Source: Eledone cirrhosa
Taxonomy: Eukaryota
DNA length: 64,000 bases
Direction: 5' to 3'
Assembly: GCA_964016885.1 (NCBI GenBank)
Contig: OZ024745.1
Coordinates: 64,914,001 to 64,978,000, forward strand
Positions 41,480 through 57,390 of the stretch are shown here, in pieces; position 1 is the first letter of the stretch; each line of letters begins with the position of its first letter. The translations under genes and the position numbers were made by a program. The notes under the pieces were generated by a model. The model ran no database searches and was not told the origin of the DNA. It worked only from the letters and a program-made list of their open reading frames with translations.

Positions 41480-44400
41480 ATTTTTTATTAGGGGGATCCA
41501 TTTTTTATTTGGGTGATCCATTTTTATTTGGAGATCCATTTTTTATTTAGGTGATCCATTTTATAATTGGTTGATCCATTTTTTATTTGGGGGATCCATT
41601 TTTTATTTGGGGGATCCATTATTTATTTGGGTGATCCATTTTTTATTTGGGTGATCCATTTTTTATTTGGGTGATCCATTTTTTATTTGGGTGATCCATT
41701 TTTTATTTGGGTGATCCATTTTTTATTTGGGGGATCCATTTTTTATTTGGGTGATCCATTTTTTATTTGGGGGATCCATTTTTTATTTGGGTGATCCATT
41801 TTTTATTTGGGGGATCCATTTTTTATTTCGGGGATCCATTTTTTATTTGGGTGATTCATTTTTTATTTGGGGGATCCATTTTTTATTTTGGGTGATCCAT
41901 TTTTTATTAGGGGGATCCATTTTTTATTTGGGTGATCCATTTTTATTTGTAGATCCATTTTTTATTTGGGTGATCCATTTTTTAATTGGATGATCCATTT
42001 TTTATTTGGGGGATCCATTTTTTATTTGGGGGATCCATTATTTATTTGGGTGATCCATTTTTTATTTGGGTGATCCATTTTTTATTCGGGGGATCCATTT
42101 TTTATTTGGGTGATCCATTTTTTATTTGGGTGATCCATTTTTTAATTGGGGATCCATTTTTTATTTAGTTGATCCATTTTTTAATTGGGTGATGCATTTT
42201 TTATTTGGGGGATCCATTTTTTATTTGGGGGATCCATTTTTTATTTGGGGGATCCATTGTTTATTTGGGTGATCCATTTTTTATTTGGGTGATCCATTTT
42301 TTATTTGGGGGATCCATTTTGTATTTGGGTGATCCATTTTTTATTTGGGTGATCCATTTTTTATTTGGGTGATCCATTTTTTATTTGTGGGATCCATTTT
42401 TTATTTGGGTGATCCATTTTTTATTTGGGGGATCCTTTTTTTATTTGGGTGATCCATTTTTTATTTGGGTGATCCATTTTTTATTTGGGGGATCCATTTT
42501 TTATTTGGGTGATCCATTTTTTATTTGGGTGGTCCATTTTTTATTTGGGGGATCCATTTTTTATTTGGGTGATCCATTTTTTATTTGGGGGATCCATTTT
42601 TTATTTGGGGGATCCATTTTTTATTTGGGTGATCCATTTTTTATATGGGTGATCCATTTTTTATTTGGGGGGATCCATTTTTAATTTGGGTGATCCATTT
42701 TTTATTTGGGGGATCCATTTTTTATTTGGGTGATCCATTTTTTATTTGGGGGATTCATTTTTTATTTGGGTGATCCATTTTTTATTTGGGTGATCCATTT
42801 TTTAATTGGGTGATCCATTTTTTATTTGGGGGATCCATTTTTTATTTGGGTGATCCATTTTTTAGTTGGGTGGTCCATTTTTTATTTGGGTGATCCATTT
42901 TTTATTTGGGGGATCCATTTTTTATTTGGGTGATCCATTTTTTATTTGGGAATCCATTTTTTATTTGGGTGATCCATTTTTTATTTGGGTGATTCATTTT
43001 TTATTTGGGGGGTCCATTTTTTATTTGGGGGATCCATTTTTATTTGGGTGATCCATTTTCTATTTGGGGGATCCATTTTTTATTTGGGTGATCCATTTTT
43101 TATTTGGGTTGATCCCTTTTTTATTTGGGGGATCCATTTTTTATTTGGGTGATCCATTTTTTATTTGGGTGATCCATTTTTTATTTGGGTGATCCATTTT
43201 TTATTTGAGGGATCCATTTTATATTTGGGTGATCCATTTTTTATTTGGGTGATCCATTTTTTATTTGAGGGATCCATTTTATATTTGGGTGATCCATTTT
43301 TTATTTGGGGGATCCATTATTTATTTGGGTGATCCATTTTTTATTTGGGTGATCCATTTTTTATTTGGGTGATCCATTTTTTATTTGGGTGATCCATTTT
43401 TTATTTGGGTGATACATTTTTTATTTGGGGGATCCATTTTTTATTTGGGTGATCCATTTTTTATTTGGGTGATCCATTTTTTATTTGAGGGATCCATTTT
43501 ATATTTGGGTGATCCATTTTTTATTTGGGTGATCCATTTTTTTATTTGGGGGATCCATTTTTTATTTGGGGGATCCATTTTTTATTTGGGGGATCCATTT
43601 TTTATTTGGGGGATCCATTTTTTATTTCGGGGATCCATTTTTTATTTGGGTGATTCATTTTTTATTTGGGGGATCCATTTTTTATTTGGGTGATCCATTT
43701 TTTTAATTTGGGGGTCCATTTTTTATTTGGGTGATCCATTTTTTATTTGGGTGATCCATTTTTTAATTGGGTGATCCATTTTTATTTGGGTGATCCATTT
43801 TTTACTTGGGGGATCCATTTTTTATTTGGGTGATCCATTTTTTATTTTGCTGATTCATTTTTTATTTGGGTGATCCATTTTTTATTTGGGGGATCCATTT
43901 TTTATTTGGGTGAACCATTTTTTATTTGGGGGATCCATTTTTTATTTGGGTGATCCATTTTTTATTTGGGTGATCCATTTTTTATTTGGGGGATCCATTT
44001 TTTATTTGGGTGATCCATTTTTTATTTGGGGGAGCCATTTTTTATTTGGGGGATCCATTTTTTATTTGGGGGATCCATTTTTTATTTGGGTGATCCATTT
44101 TTATTTGGAGATCCATTTTGTATTTGGGTGATCCATTTTTTAATTGGGTGATCCATTTTTTATTTGGGTGATCCATTTTTTATTTGGGTGATCCATTTTT
44201 TATTTGTGGGATCCATTTTTTATTTGGGTGATCCATTTTTTATTTGGGGGATCCTTTTTTTATTTGCGTGATCCATTTTTTATTTGGGTGATCCATTTTT
44301 TATTTGGGGGATCCATTTTTTATTTGGGTGATCCATTTTTTATTTGGGTGGTCCATTTTTTATTTGGGGGATCCATTTTTTATTTGGGTGATCCATTTTT

Positions 44401-47400
44401 TATTTGGGGGATCCATTTTTTATTTGGGGGATCCATTTTTTATTTGGGTGATCCATTTTTTATATGGGTGATCCATTTTTTATTTGGGGGGATCCATTTT
44501 TAATTTGGGTGATCCATTTTTTATTTGGGGGATCCATTTTTTATTTGGGTGATCCATTTTTTATTTGGGGGATTCATTTTTTATTTGGGTGATCCATTTT
44601 TTATTTGGGTGATCCATTTTTTAATTGGGTGATCCATTTTTTATTTGGGGGATCCATTTTTTATTTGGGTGATCCATTTTTTAGTTGGGTGGTCCATTTT
44701 TTATTTGGGTGATCCATTTTTTATTTGGGGGATCCATTTTTTATTTGGGTGATCCATTTTTTATTTGGGAATCCATTTTTTATTTGGGTGATCCATTTTT
44801 TATTTGGGTGATCCATTTTTTATTTGGGTGGTCCATTTTTTATTAGGGGGATCCATTTTTTATTTGGGTGATCCATTTTTATTTGGAGATCCATTTTTTA
44901 TTTAGGTGATCCATTTTATAATTGGTTGATCCATTTTTTATTTGGGGGATCCATTTTTTATTTGGGGGATCCATTATTTATTTGGGTGATCCATTTTTTA
45001 TTTGGGTGATCCATTTTTTATTTGGGTGATCCATTTTTTATTTGGGTGATCCATTTTTTATTTGGGTGATCCATTTTTTATTTGGGGGATCCATTTTTTA
45101 TTTGGGTGATCCATTTTTTATTTGGGGGATCCATTTTTTATTTGGGTGATCCATTTTTTATTTGGGGGATCCATTTTTTATTTCGGGGATCCATTTTTTA
45201 TTTGGGTGATTCATTTTTTATTTGGGGGATCCATTTTTTATTTTGGGTGATCCATTTTTTATTAGGGGGATCCATTTTTTATTTGGGTGATCCATTTTTA
45301 TTTGTAGATCCATTTTTTATTTGGGTGATCCATTTTTTAATTGGATGATCCATTTTTTATTTGGGGGATCCATTTTTTATTTGGGGGATCCATTATTTAT
45401 TTGGGTGATCCATTTTTTATTTGGGTGATCCATTTTTTATTCGGGGGATCCATTTTTTATTTGGGTGATCCATTTTTTATTTGGGTGATCCATTTTTTAA
45501 TTGGGGATCCATTTTTTATTTAGTTGATCCATTTTTTAATTGGGTGATGCATTTTTTATTTGGGGGATCCATTTTTTATTTGGGGGATCCATTTTTTATT
45601 TGGGGGATCCATTGTTTATTTGGGTGATCCATTTTTTATTTGGGTGATCCATTTTTTATTTGGGGGATCCATTTTGTATTTGGGTGATCCATTTTTTATT
45701 TGGGTGATCCATTTTTTATTTGGGTGATCCATTTTTTATTTGTGGGATCCATTTTTTATTTGGGTGATCCATTTTTTATTTGGGGGATCCTTTTTTTATT
45801 TGGGTGATCCATTTTTTATTTGGGTGATCCATTTTTTATTTGGGGGATCCATTTTCTTTTTGGGTGATCCATTTTTTATTTGGGTGGTCCATTTTTTATT
45901 TGGGGGATCCATTTTTTATTTGGGTGATCCATTTTTTATTTGGGGGATCCATTTTTTATTTGGGGGATCCATTTTTTATTTGGGTGATCCATTTTTTATA
46001 TGGGTGATCCATTTTTTATTTGGGGGGATCCATTTTTAATTTGGGTGATCCATTTTTTATTTGGGGGATCCATTTTTTATTTGGGTGATCCATTTTTTAT
46101 TTGGGGGATTCATTTTTTATTTGGGTGATCCATTTTTTATTTGGGTGATCCATTTTTTAATTGGGTGATCCATTTTTTATTTGGGGGATCCATTTTTTAT
46201 TTGGGTGATCCATTTTTTAGTTGGGAGGTCCATTTTTTATTTGGGTGATCCATTTTTTATTTGGGGGATCCATTTTTTATTTGGGTGATCCATTTTTTAT
46301 TTGGGAATCCATTTTTTATTTGGGTGATCCATTTTTTATTTGGGTGATTCATTTTTTATTTGGGGGGTCCATTTTTTATTTGGGGGATCCATTTTTATTT
46401 GGGTGATCCATTTTCTATTTGGGGGATCCATTTTTTATTTGGGTGATCCATTTTTTATTTGGGTTGATCCCTTTTTTATTTGGGGGATCCATTTTTTATT
46501 TGGGTGATCCATTTTTTATTTGGGGGATCCATTTTTTATTTGGGTGATCCATTTTTTATTTGAGGGATCCATTTTATATTTGGGTGATCCATTTTTTATT
46601 TGGGGGATCCATTATTTATTTGGGTGATCCATTTTTTATTTGGGTGATCCATTTTTTATTTGGGTGATCCATTTTTTATTTGGGTGATCCATTTTTTATT
46701 TGGGTGATACATTTTTTATTTGGGGGATCCATTTTTTATTTGGGTGATCCATTTTTTATTTGGGTGATCCATTTTTTATTTGAGGGATCCATTTTATATT
46801 TGGGTGATCCATTTTTTATTTGGGTGATCCATTTTTTTATTTGGGGGATCCATTTTTTATTTGGGGGATCCATTTTTTATTTGGGGGATCCATTTTTTAT
46901 TTGGGGGATCCATTTTTTATTTCGGGGATCCATTTTTTATTTGGGTGATTCATTTTTTATTTGGGGGATCCATTTTTTATTTGGGTGATCCATTTTTTTA
47001 ATTTGGGGGTCCATTTTTTATTTGGGTGATCCATTTTTTATTTGGGTGATCCATTTTTTAATTGGGTGATCCATTTTTATTTGGGTGATCCATTTTTTAC
47101 TTGGGGGATCCATTTTTTATTTGGGTGATCCATTTTTTATTTTGCTGATTCATTTTTTATTTGGGTGATCCATTTTTTATTTGGGGGATCCATTTTTTAT
47201 TTGGGTGAACCATTTTTTATTTGGGGGATCCATTTTTTATTTGGGTGATCCATTTTTTATTTGGGTGATCCATTTTTTATTTGGGGGATCCATTTTTTAT
47301 TTGGGTGATCCATTTTTTATTTGGGGGAGCCATTTTTTATTTGGGGGATCCATTTTTTATTTGGGGGATCCATTTTTTATTTGGGTGATCCATTTTTATT

Positions 47401-48000
47401 TGGAGATCCATTTTGTATTTGGGTGATCCATTTTTTAATTGGGTGATCCATTTTTTATTTGGGTGATCCATTTTTTATTTGGGTGATCCATTTTTTATTT
47501 GTGGGATCCATTTTTTATTTGGGTGATCCATTTTTTATTTGGGGGATCCTTTTTTTATTTGGGTGATCCATTTTTTATTTGGGTGATCCATTTTTTATTT
47601 GGGGGATCCATTTTTTATTTGGGTGATCCATTTTTTATTTGGGTGGTCCATTTTTTATTTGGGGGATCCATTTTTTATTTGGGTGATCCATTTTTTATTT
47701 GGGGGATCCATTTTTTATTTGGGGGATCCATTTTTTATTTGGGTGATCCATTTTTTATATGGGTGATCCATTTTTTATTTGGGGGGATCCATTTTTAATT
47801 TGGGTGATCCATTTTTTATTTGGGGGATCCATTTTTTATTTGGGTGATCCATTTTTTATTTGGGGGATTCATTTTTTATTTGGGTGATCCATTTTTTATT
47901 TGGGTGATCCATTTTTTAATTGGGTGATCCATTTTTTATTTGGGGGATCCATTTTTTATTTGGGTGATCCATTTTTTAGTTGGGTGGTCCATTTTTTATT
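41480..48000 (+). repeat. Nested tandem duplication, period 3355/3295 bp (also present in the second large copy, about 52560-59420)
   Basis: GGAGCC at 44032 and 47327 (+3295). ORFs 41727/42385/42866 recur at 45082/45740/46221 (+3355). In the second large copy 52810 recurs at 56105 (+3295). Confidence 0.88.
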
Positions 48001-49500
48001 TGGGTGATCCATTTTTTATTTGAGGGATCCATTTTATATTTGGGTGATCCATTTTCTATTTGGGTGATCCATTTTTTATTTGGGGGATCCATTTTTTATT
48101 TGGGGGATCCATTTTTTATTTGGGGGATCCATTTTTTATTTCGGGGATCCATTTTTTATTTGGGTGATTCATTTTTTATTTGGGGGATCCATTTTTTATT
48201 TGGGTGATCCATTTTTTTTATTTGGGGGTCCATTTTTTATTTGGGTGATCCATTTTTTTAATTTGGGGGTCCATTTTTTATTTGGGTGATCCATTTTTTA
48301 TTTGGGTGATCCATTTTTTAATTGGGTGATCCATTTTTATTTGGGTGATCCATTTTTTACTTGGGGGATCCATTTTTTATTTGGGTGATCCATTTTTTAT
48401 TTTGCTGATTCATTTTTTATTTGGGTGATCCATTTTTTATTTGGGGGATCCATTTTTTATTTGGGTGAACCATTTTTTATTTGGGGGATCCATTTTTTAT
48501 TTGGGTGATCCATTTTTTATTTGGGTGATCCATTTTTTATTTGGGGGATCCATTTTTTATTTGGGTGATCCATTTTTTATTTGGGGGAGCCATTTTTTAT
48601 TTGGGGGATCCATTTTTTATTTGGGGGATCCATTTTTTATTTGGGTGATCCATTTTTATTTGGAGATCCATTTTGTATTTGGGTGATCCATTTTTTAATT
48701 GGGTGATCCATTTTTTATTTGGGTGATCCATTTTTTATTTGGGTGATCCATTTTTTATTTGTGGGATCCATTTTTTATTTGGGTGATCCATTTTTTATTT
48801 GGGGGATCCTTTTTTTATTTGGGTGATCCATTTTTTATTTGGGTGATCCATTTTTTATTTGGGGGATCCATTTTTTATTTGGGTGATCCATTTTTTATTT
48901 GGGTGGTCCATTTTTTATTTGGGGGATCCATTTTTTATTTGGGTGATCCATTTTTTATTTGGGGGATCCATTTTTTATTTGGGGGATCCATTTTTTATTT
49001 GGGTGATCCATTTTTTATATGGGTGATCCATTTTTTATTTGGGGGGATCCATTTTTAATTTGGGTGATCCATTTTTTATTTGGGGGATCCATTTTTTATT
49101 TGGGTGATCCATTTTTTATTTGGGGGATTCATTTTTTATTTGGGTGATCCATTTTTTATTTGGGTGATCCATTTTTTAATTGGGTGATCCATTTTTTATT
49201 TGGGGGATCCATTTTTTATTTGGGTGATCCATTTTTTAGTTGGGTGGTCCATTTTTTATTTGGGTGATCCATTTTTTATTTGAGGGATCCATTTTATATT
49301 TGGGTGATCCATTTTCTATTTGGGTGATCCATTTTTTATTTGGGGGATCCATTTTTTATTTGGGGGATCCATTTTTTATTTGGGGGATCCATTTTTTATT
49401 TCGGGGATCCATTTTTTATTTGGGTGATTCATTTTTTATTTGGGGGATCCATTTTTTATTTGGGTGATCCATTTTTTTTATTTGGGGGTCCATTTTTTAT
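46980..49500 (+). repeat. Tandem duplication, period 1260 bp
   Basis: GGAGCC at 47327 and 48587. ORFs 47181/47499/47980 recur at 48441/48759/49240. Sequence lines 46981 and 48241 read identically. Confidence 0.9.
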
Positions 49501-52500
49501 TTGGGTGATCCATTTTTTATTTGGATGATCCATTTTTTAATTGGCTGATCCATTTTTATTTGGGTGATCCATTTTTTACTTGGGGGATCCATTTTTTATT
49601 TGGGTGATCCATTTTTTATTTTGCTGATTCATTTTTTATTTGGGTGATCCATTTTTTATTTGGGGGATCCATTTTTTATTTGGGTGAACCATTTTTTATT
49701 TGGGAGATCCATTTTTTATTTGGGTGATCCATTTTTTATTTGGGTGATCCATTTTTTATTTGGGGGATCCATTTTTTATTTGGGTGATCCATTTTTTATT
49801 TGGGTGATCCATTTTTTATTTGGGGGATCCATTTTTTATTTGGGTGATCCATTTTTTATTTGGGTGATCCATTTTTTATTTGAGGGATCCATTTTATATT
49901 TGGGTGATCCATTTTTTATTTGGGTGATCCATTTTTTATTTGGGGGATCCATTTTTTATTTGGGGGATCCATTTTTTATTTGGGTGATCCATTTTTTATT
50001 TGGGGGATCCATTTTTTATTTCGGGGATCCATTTTTTATTTGGGTGATTCATTTTTTATTTGGGGGATCCATTTTTTATTTGGGTGATCCATTTTTTTTA
50101 TTTGGGGGTCCATTTTTTATTTGGGTGATCCATTTTTTATTTGGGTGATCCATTTTTTAATTGGGTGATCCATTTTTATTTGGGTGATCCATTTTTTACT
50201 TGGGGGATCCATTTTTTATTTGGGTGATCCATTTTTTATTTTGCTGATTCATTTTTTATTTGGGTGATCCATTTTTTATTTGGGGGATCCATTTTTTATT
50301 TGGGTGAACCATTTTTTATTTGGGGGATCCATCTTTTATTTGGGTGATCCATTTTTTATTTGGGTGATCCATTTTTTATTTGGGGGATCCATTTTTTATT
50401 TGGGTGATCCATTTTTTATTTGGGTGATCCATTTTTTATTTGGGGGATCCATTTTTTATTTGGGGGATCCATTTTTTATTTGGGTGATACATTTTTATTT
50501 GGAGATCCATTTTGTATTTGGGTGATCCATTTTTTAATTGGGTGATCCATTTTTTATTTGGGTGATCCATTTTTTATTTGGGGGATCCATTTTTTATTTG
50601 GGTGATCCATTTTTTATTTGGGTGGTCCATTTTTTATTTGGGTGATCCATTTTTTTATTTGGGGGATCCATTTTTTATTTGGGTGATTCATTTTTTATTT
50701 GGGGATCCATTTTTTATTTGGGTGATCCATTTTTTATTTGGGTGATCCATTTTTTATTTGGGGGATACATTTTTTATTTGGGTGATCCATTTTTTATTTG
50801 GGGGGTCCATTTTTTATTTGGGGGATCCATTTTTTATTTGGGTGATCAATTTTTTAATTGGGTGATCCATTTTTTATTTGGGGGATCCATTTTTTATTTG
50901 GGTGATCCATTTTTTAGTTGGGTGGTCCATTTTTTATTTGGGTGATCCATTTTTTATTTGGGGGATCCATTTTTTATTTGGGTGATCCATTTTTTATTTG
51001 GGGATCCATTTTTTATTTGGGTGATCCATTTTTTATTTGGGTGATCCATTTTTTATTTGGGGGATCCATTTTTTATTTGGGTGATCCATTTTTTATTTGG
51101 GGGATCCATTTTTTATTTGGGGGATCCATTTTTTATTTGGTTGATCCATTTTTTATTAGGGGGATCCATTTTTTATTTGGGTGATCCATTTTAATTTGGA
51201 GATCCATTTTTTGTTTAGGTGATCCATTTTATAATTGGGTGATCCATTTTTTATTTGGGGGATCCATTTTTTATTTGGGGGATCCATTATTTATTTGGGT
51301 GATCCATTTTTTATTTGGGTGATCCATTTTTTATTTGGGTGATCCATTTTTTATTTGGGTGATCCATTTTTTATTTGGGTGATCCATTTTTTATTTGGGG
51401 GATCCATTTTTTATTTGGGTGATCCATTCTTTATTTGGGTGATCCATTTTTTATTTGAGGGATCCATTTTATATTTGGGTGATCCATTTTTTATTTGGGT
51501 GATCCATTTTTTATTTGGGGGATCCATTTTTTATTTGGGGGATCCATTTTTTATTTGGGGGATCCATTTTTTATTTGGGGGATCCATTTTTTATTTCGGG
51601 GATCCATTTTTTATTTGGGTGATTCATTTTTTATTTGGGGGATCCATTTTTTATTTGGGTGATCCATTTTTTTTATTTGGGGGTCCATTTTATATTTGGG
51701 TGATCCATTTTTTATTTGGATGATCCATTTTTTAATTGGATGATCCATTTTTATTTGGGTGATCCATTTTTTACTTGGGGGATCCATTTTTTATTTGGGT
51801 GATCCATTTTTTATTTTGCTGATTCATTTTTTATTTGGGTGATCCATTTTTTATTTGGGGGATCCATTTTTTATTTGGGTGAACCATTTTTTATTTGGGA
51901 GATCCATTTTTTATTTGGGTGATCCATTTTTTATTTGGGTGATCCATTTTTTATTTGGGGGATCCATTTTTTATTTGGGTGATCCATTTTTTATTTGGGT
52001 GATCCATTTTTTATTTGGGGGATCCATTTTTTATTTGGGGGATCCATTTTTTATTTGGGTGATCCATTTTTATTTGGAGATCCATTTTGTATTTGGGTGA
52101 TCCATTTTTTAATTGGGTGATCCATTTTTTATTTGGGTGATCCATTTTTTATTTGGGGGATCCTTTTTTTATTTGGGTGATCCATTTTTTATTTGGGTGG
52201 TCCATTTTTTATTTGGGTGATCCATTTTTTATTTGGGGGATCCATTTTTTATTTGGGTGATCCATTTTTCATTTGGGGATCCATTTTTTATTTGGGTGAT
52301 CCATTTTTTATTTGGGTGATCCATTTTTTATTTGGGGGATACATTTTTTATTTGGGTGATCCATTTTTTATTTGGGGGGGTCCATTTTTTATTTGGGGGA
52401 TCCATTTTTATTTGGGTGATCCATTTTTTATTTGGGGGATCCATTTTTTATTTGGGTGATCCCTTTTTTATTTGGGGGATCCATTTTTTATTTGGGTGAT

Positions 52501-55500
52501 CCATTTTTTATTTGGGGGATCCATTTTTTATTTGGGGGATTCATTTTTTATTTGGGTGATCCATTTTTTATTAGGGGGATCCATTTTTTATTTGGGTGAT
52601 CCATTTTTATTTGGAGATCCATTTTTTATTTAGGTGATCCATTTTATAATTGGTTGATCCATTTTTTATTTGGGGGATCCATTTTTTATTTGGGGGATCC
52701 ATTATTTATTTGGGTGATCCATTTTTTATTTGGGTGATCCATTTTTTATTTGGGTGATCCATTTTTTATTTGGGTGATCCATTTTTTATTTGGGTGATCC
52801 ATTTTTTATTTGGGGGATCCATTTTTTATTTGGGTGATCCATTTTTTATTTGGGGGATCCATTTTTTATTTGGGTGATCCATTTTTTATTTGGGGGATCC
52901 ATTTTTTATTTCGGGGATCCATTTTTTATTTGGGTGATTCATTTTTTATTTGGGGGATCCATTTTTTATTTTGGGTGATCCATTTTTTATTAGGGGGATC
53001 CATTTTTTATTTGGGTGATCCATTTTTATTTGTAGATCCATTTTTTATTTGGGTGATCCATTTTTTAATTGGATGATCCATTTTTTATTTGGGGGATCCA
53101 TTTTTTATTTGGGGGATCCATTATTTATTTGGGTGATCCATTTTTTATTTGGGTGATCCATTTTTTATTCGGGGGATCCATTTTTTATTTGGGTGATCCA
53201 TTTTTTATTTGGGTGATCCATTTTTTAATTGGGGATCCATTTTTTATTTAGTTGATCCATTTTTTAATTGGGTGATGCATTTTTTATTTGGGGGATCCAT
53301 TTTTTATTTGGGGGATCCATTTTTTATTTGGGGGATCCATTGTTTATTTGGGTGATCCATTTTTTATTTGGGTGATCCATTTTTTATTTGGGGGATCCAT
53401 TTTGTATTTGGGTGATCCATTTTTTATTTGGGTGATCCATTTTTTATTTGGGTGATCCATTTTTTATTTGTGGGATCCATTTTTTATTTGGGTGATCCAT
53501 TTTTTATTTGGGGGATCCTTTTTTTATTTGGGTGATCCATTTTTTATTTGGGTGATCCATTTTTTATTTGGGGGATCCATTTTTTATTTGGGTGATCCAT
53601 TTTTTATTTGGGTGGTCCATTTTTTATTTGGGGGATCCATTTTTTATTTGGGTGATCCATTTTTTATTTGGGGGATCCATTTTTTATTTGGGGGATCCAT
53701 TTTTTATTTGGGTGATCCATTTTTTATATGGGTGATCCATTTTTTATTTGGGGGGATCCATTTTTGATTTGGGTGATCCATTTTTTATTTGGGGGATCCA
53801 TTTTTTATTTGGGTGATCCATTTTTTATTTGGGGGATTCATTTTTTATTTGGGTGATCCATTTTTTATTTGGGTGATCCATTTTTTAATTGGGTGATCCA
53901 TTTTTTATTTGGGGGATCCATTTTTTATTTGGGTGATCCATTTTTTAGTTGGGTGGTCCATTTTTTATTTGGGTGATCCATTTTTTATTTGGGGGATCCA
54001 TTTTTTATTTGGGTGATCCATTTTTTATTTGGGAATCCATTTTTTATTTGGGTGATCCATTTTTTATTTGGGTGATTCATTTTTTATTTGGGGGGTCCAT
54101 TTTTTATTTGGGGGATCCATTTTTATTTGGGTGATCCATTTTCTATTTGGGGGATCCATTTTTTATTTGGGTGATCCATTTTTTATTTGGGTTGATCCCT
54201 TTTTTATTTGGGGGATCCATTTTTTATTTGGGTGATCCATTTTTTATTTGGGGGATCCATTTTTTATTTGGGTGATCCATTTTTTATTTGAGGGATCCAT
54301 TTTATATTTGGGTGATCCATTTTTTATTTGGGGGATCCATTATTTATTTGGGTGATCCATTTTTTATTTGGGTGATCCATTTTTTATTTGGGTGATCCAT
54401 TTTTTATTTGGGTGATCCATTTTTTATTTGGGTGATACATTTTTTATTTGGGGGATCCATTTTTTATTTGGGTGATCCATTTTTTATTTGGGTGATCCAT
54501 TTTTTATTTGAGGGATCCATTTTATATTTGGGTGATCCATTTTTTATTTGGGTGATCCATTTTTTTATTTGGGGGATCCATTTTTTATTTGGGGGATCCA
54601 TTTTTTATTTGGGGGATCCATTTTTTATTTGGGGGATCCATTTTTTATTTCGGGGATCCATTTTTTATTTTGGTGATTCATTTTTTATTTGGGGGATCCA
54701 TTTTTTATTTGGGTGATCCATTTTTTTAATTTGGGGGTCCATTTTTTATTTGGGTGATCCATTTTTTATTTGGGTGATCCATTTTTTAATTGGGTGATCC
54801 ATTTTTATTTGGGTGATCCATTTTTTACTTGGGGGATCCATTTTTTATTTGGGTGATCCATTTTTTATTTTGCTGATTCATTTTTTATTTGGGTGATCCA
54901 TTTTTTATTTGGGGGATCCATTTTTTATTTGGGTGAACCATTTTTTATTTGGGGGATCCATTTTTTATTTGGGTGATCCATTTTTTATTTGGGTGATCCA
55001 TTTTTTATTTGGGGGATCCATTTTTTATTTGGGTGATCCATTTTTTATTTGGGGGAGCCATTTTTTATTTGGGGGATCCATTTTTTATTTGGGGGATCCA
55101 TTTTTTATTTGGGTGATCCATTTTTATTTGGAGATCCATTTTGTATTTGGGTGATCCATTTTTTAATTGGGTGATCCATTTTTTATTTGGGTGATCCATT
55201 TTTTATTTGGGTGATCCATTTTTTATTTGTGGAATCCATTTTTTATTTGGGTGATCCATTTTTTATTTGGGGGATCCTTTTTTTATTTGCGTGATCCATT
55301 TTTTATTTGGGTGATCCATTTTTTATTTGGGGGATCCATTTTTTATTTGGGTGATCCATTTTTTATTTGGGTGGTCCATTTTTTATTTGGGGGATCCATT
55401 TTTTATTTGGGTGATCCATTTTTTATTTGGGGGATCCATTTTTTATTTGGGGGATCCATTTTTTATTTGGGTGATCCATTTTTTATATGGGTGATCCATT

Positions 55501-56579
55501 TTTTATTTGGGGGGATCCATTTTTAATTTGGGTGATCCATTTTTTATTTGGGGGATCCATTTTTTATTTGGGTGATCCATTTTTTATTTGGGGGATTCAT
55601 TTTTTATTTGGGTGATCCATTTTTTATTTGGGTGATCCATTTTTTAATTGGGTGATCCATTTTTTATTTGGGGGATCCATTTTTTATTTGGGTGATCCAT
55701 TTTTTAGTTGGGTGGTCCATTTTTTATTTGGGTGATCCATTTTTTATTTGGGGGATCCATTTTTTATTTGGGTGATCCATTTTTTATTTGGGAATCCATT
55801 TTTTATTTGGGTGATCCATTTTTTATTTGGGTGATCCATTTTTTATTTGGGTGGTCCATTTTTTATTAGGGGGATCCATTTTTTATTTGGGTGATCCATT
55901 TTTATTTGGAGATCCATTTTTTATTTAGGTGATCCATTTTATAATTGGTTGATCCATTTTTTATTTGGGGGATCCATTTTTTATTTGGGGGATCCATTAT
56001 TTATTTGGGTGATCCATTTTTTATTTGGGTGATCCATTTTTTATTTGGGTGATCCATTTTTTATTTGGGTGATCCATTTTTTATTTGGGTGATCCATTTT
56101 TTATTTGGGGGATCCATTTTTTATTTGGGTGATCCATTTTTTATTTGGGGGATCCATTTTTTATTTGGGTGATCCATTTTTTATTTGGGGGATCCATTTT
56201 TTATTTCGGGGATCCATTTTTTATTTGGGTGATTCATTTTTTATTTGGGGGATCCATTTTTTATTTTGGGTGATCCATTTTTTATTAGGGGGATCCATTT
56301 TTTATTTGGGTGATCCATTTTTATTTGTAGATCCATTTTTTATTTGGGTGATCCATTTTTTAATTGGATGATCCATTTTTTATTTGGGGGATCCATTTTT
56401 TATTTGGGGGATCCATTATTTATTTGGGTGATCCATTTTTTATTTGGGTGATCCATTTTTTATTCGGGGGATCCATTTTTTATTTGGGTGATCCATTTTT
56501 TATTTGGGTGATCCATTTTTTAATTGGGGATCCATTTTTTATTTAGTTGATCCATTTTTTAATTGGGTGATGCATTTTT

Positions 56580-57390
56580 TATTTGGGGGATCCATTTTTT
56601 ATTTGGGGGATCCATTTTTTATTTGGGGGATCCATTGTTTATTTGGGTGATCCATTTTTTATTTGGGTGATCCATTTTTTATTTGGGGGATCCATTTTGT
56701 ATTTGGGTGATCCATTTTTTATTTGGGTGATCCATTTTTTATTTGGGTGATCCATTTTTTATTTGTGGGATCCATTTTTTATTTGGGTGATCCATTTTTT
56801 ATTTGGGGGATCCTTTTTTTATTTGGGTGATCCATTTTTTATTTGGGTGATCCATTTTTTATTTGGGGGATCCATTTTTTATTTGGGTGATCCATTTTTT
56901 ATTTGGGTGGTCCATTTTTTATTTGGGGGATCCATTTTTTATTTGGGTGATCCATTTTTTATTTGGGGGATCCATTTTTTATTTGGGGGATCCATTTTTT
57001 ATTTGGGGGATCCATTTTTTATTTGGGGGATCCATTGTTTATTTGGGTGATCCATTTTTTATTTGGGTGATCCATTTTTTATTTGGGGGATCCATTTTGT
57101 ATTTGGGTGATCCATTTTTTATTTGGGTGATCCATTTTTTATTTGGGTGATCCATTTTTTATTTGTGGGATCCATTTTTTATTTGGGTGATCCATTTTTT
57201 ATTTGGGGGATCCTTTTTTTATTTGGGTGATCCATTTTTTATTTGGGTGATCCATTTTTTATTTGGGGGATCCATTTTTTATTTGGGTGATCCATTTTTT
57301 ATTTGGGTGGTCCATTTTTTATTTGGGGGATCCATTTTTTATTTGGGTGATCCATTTTTTATTTGGGGGATCCATTTTTTATTTGGGGGA
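56580..57390 (+). repeat. Tandem duplication, period 400 bp (20 monomers)
   Basis: The markers CCATTGTTT, CCATTTTGT, TTTGTGGG, TCCTTTT and GGTGGTCC all recur at +400. ORF 56763 recurs at 57163. Confidence 0.88.
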
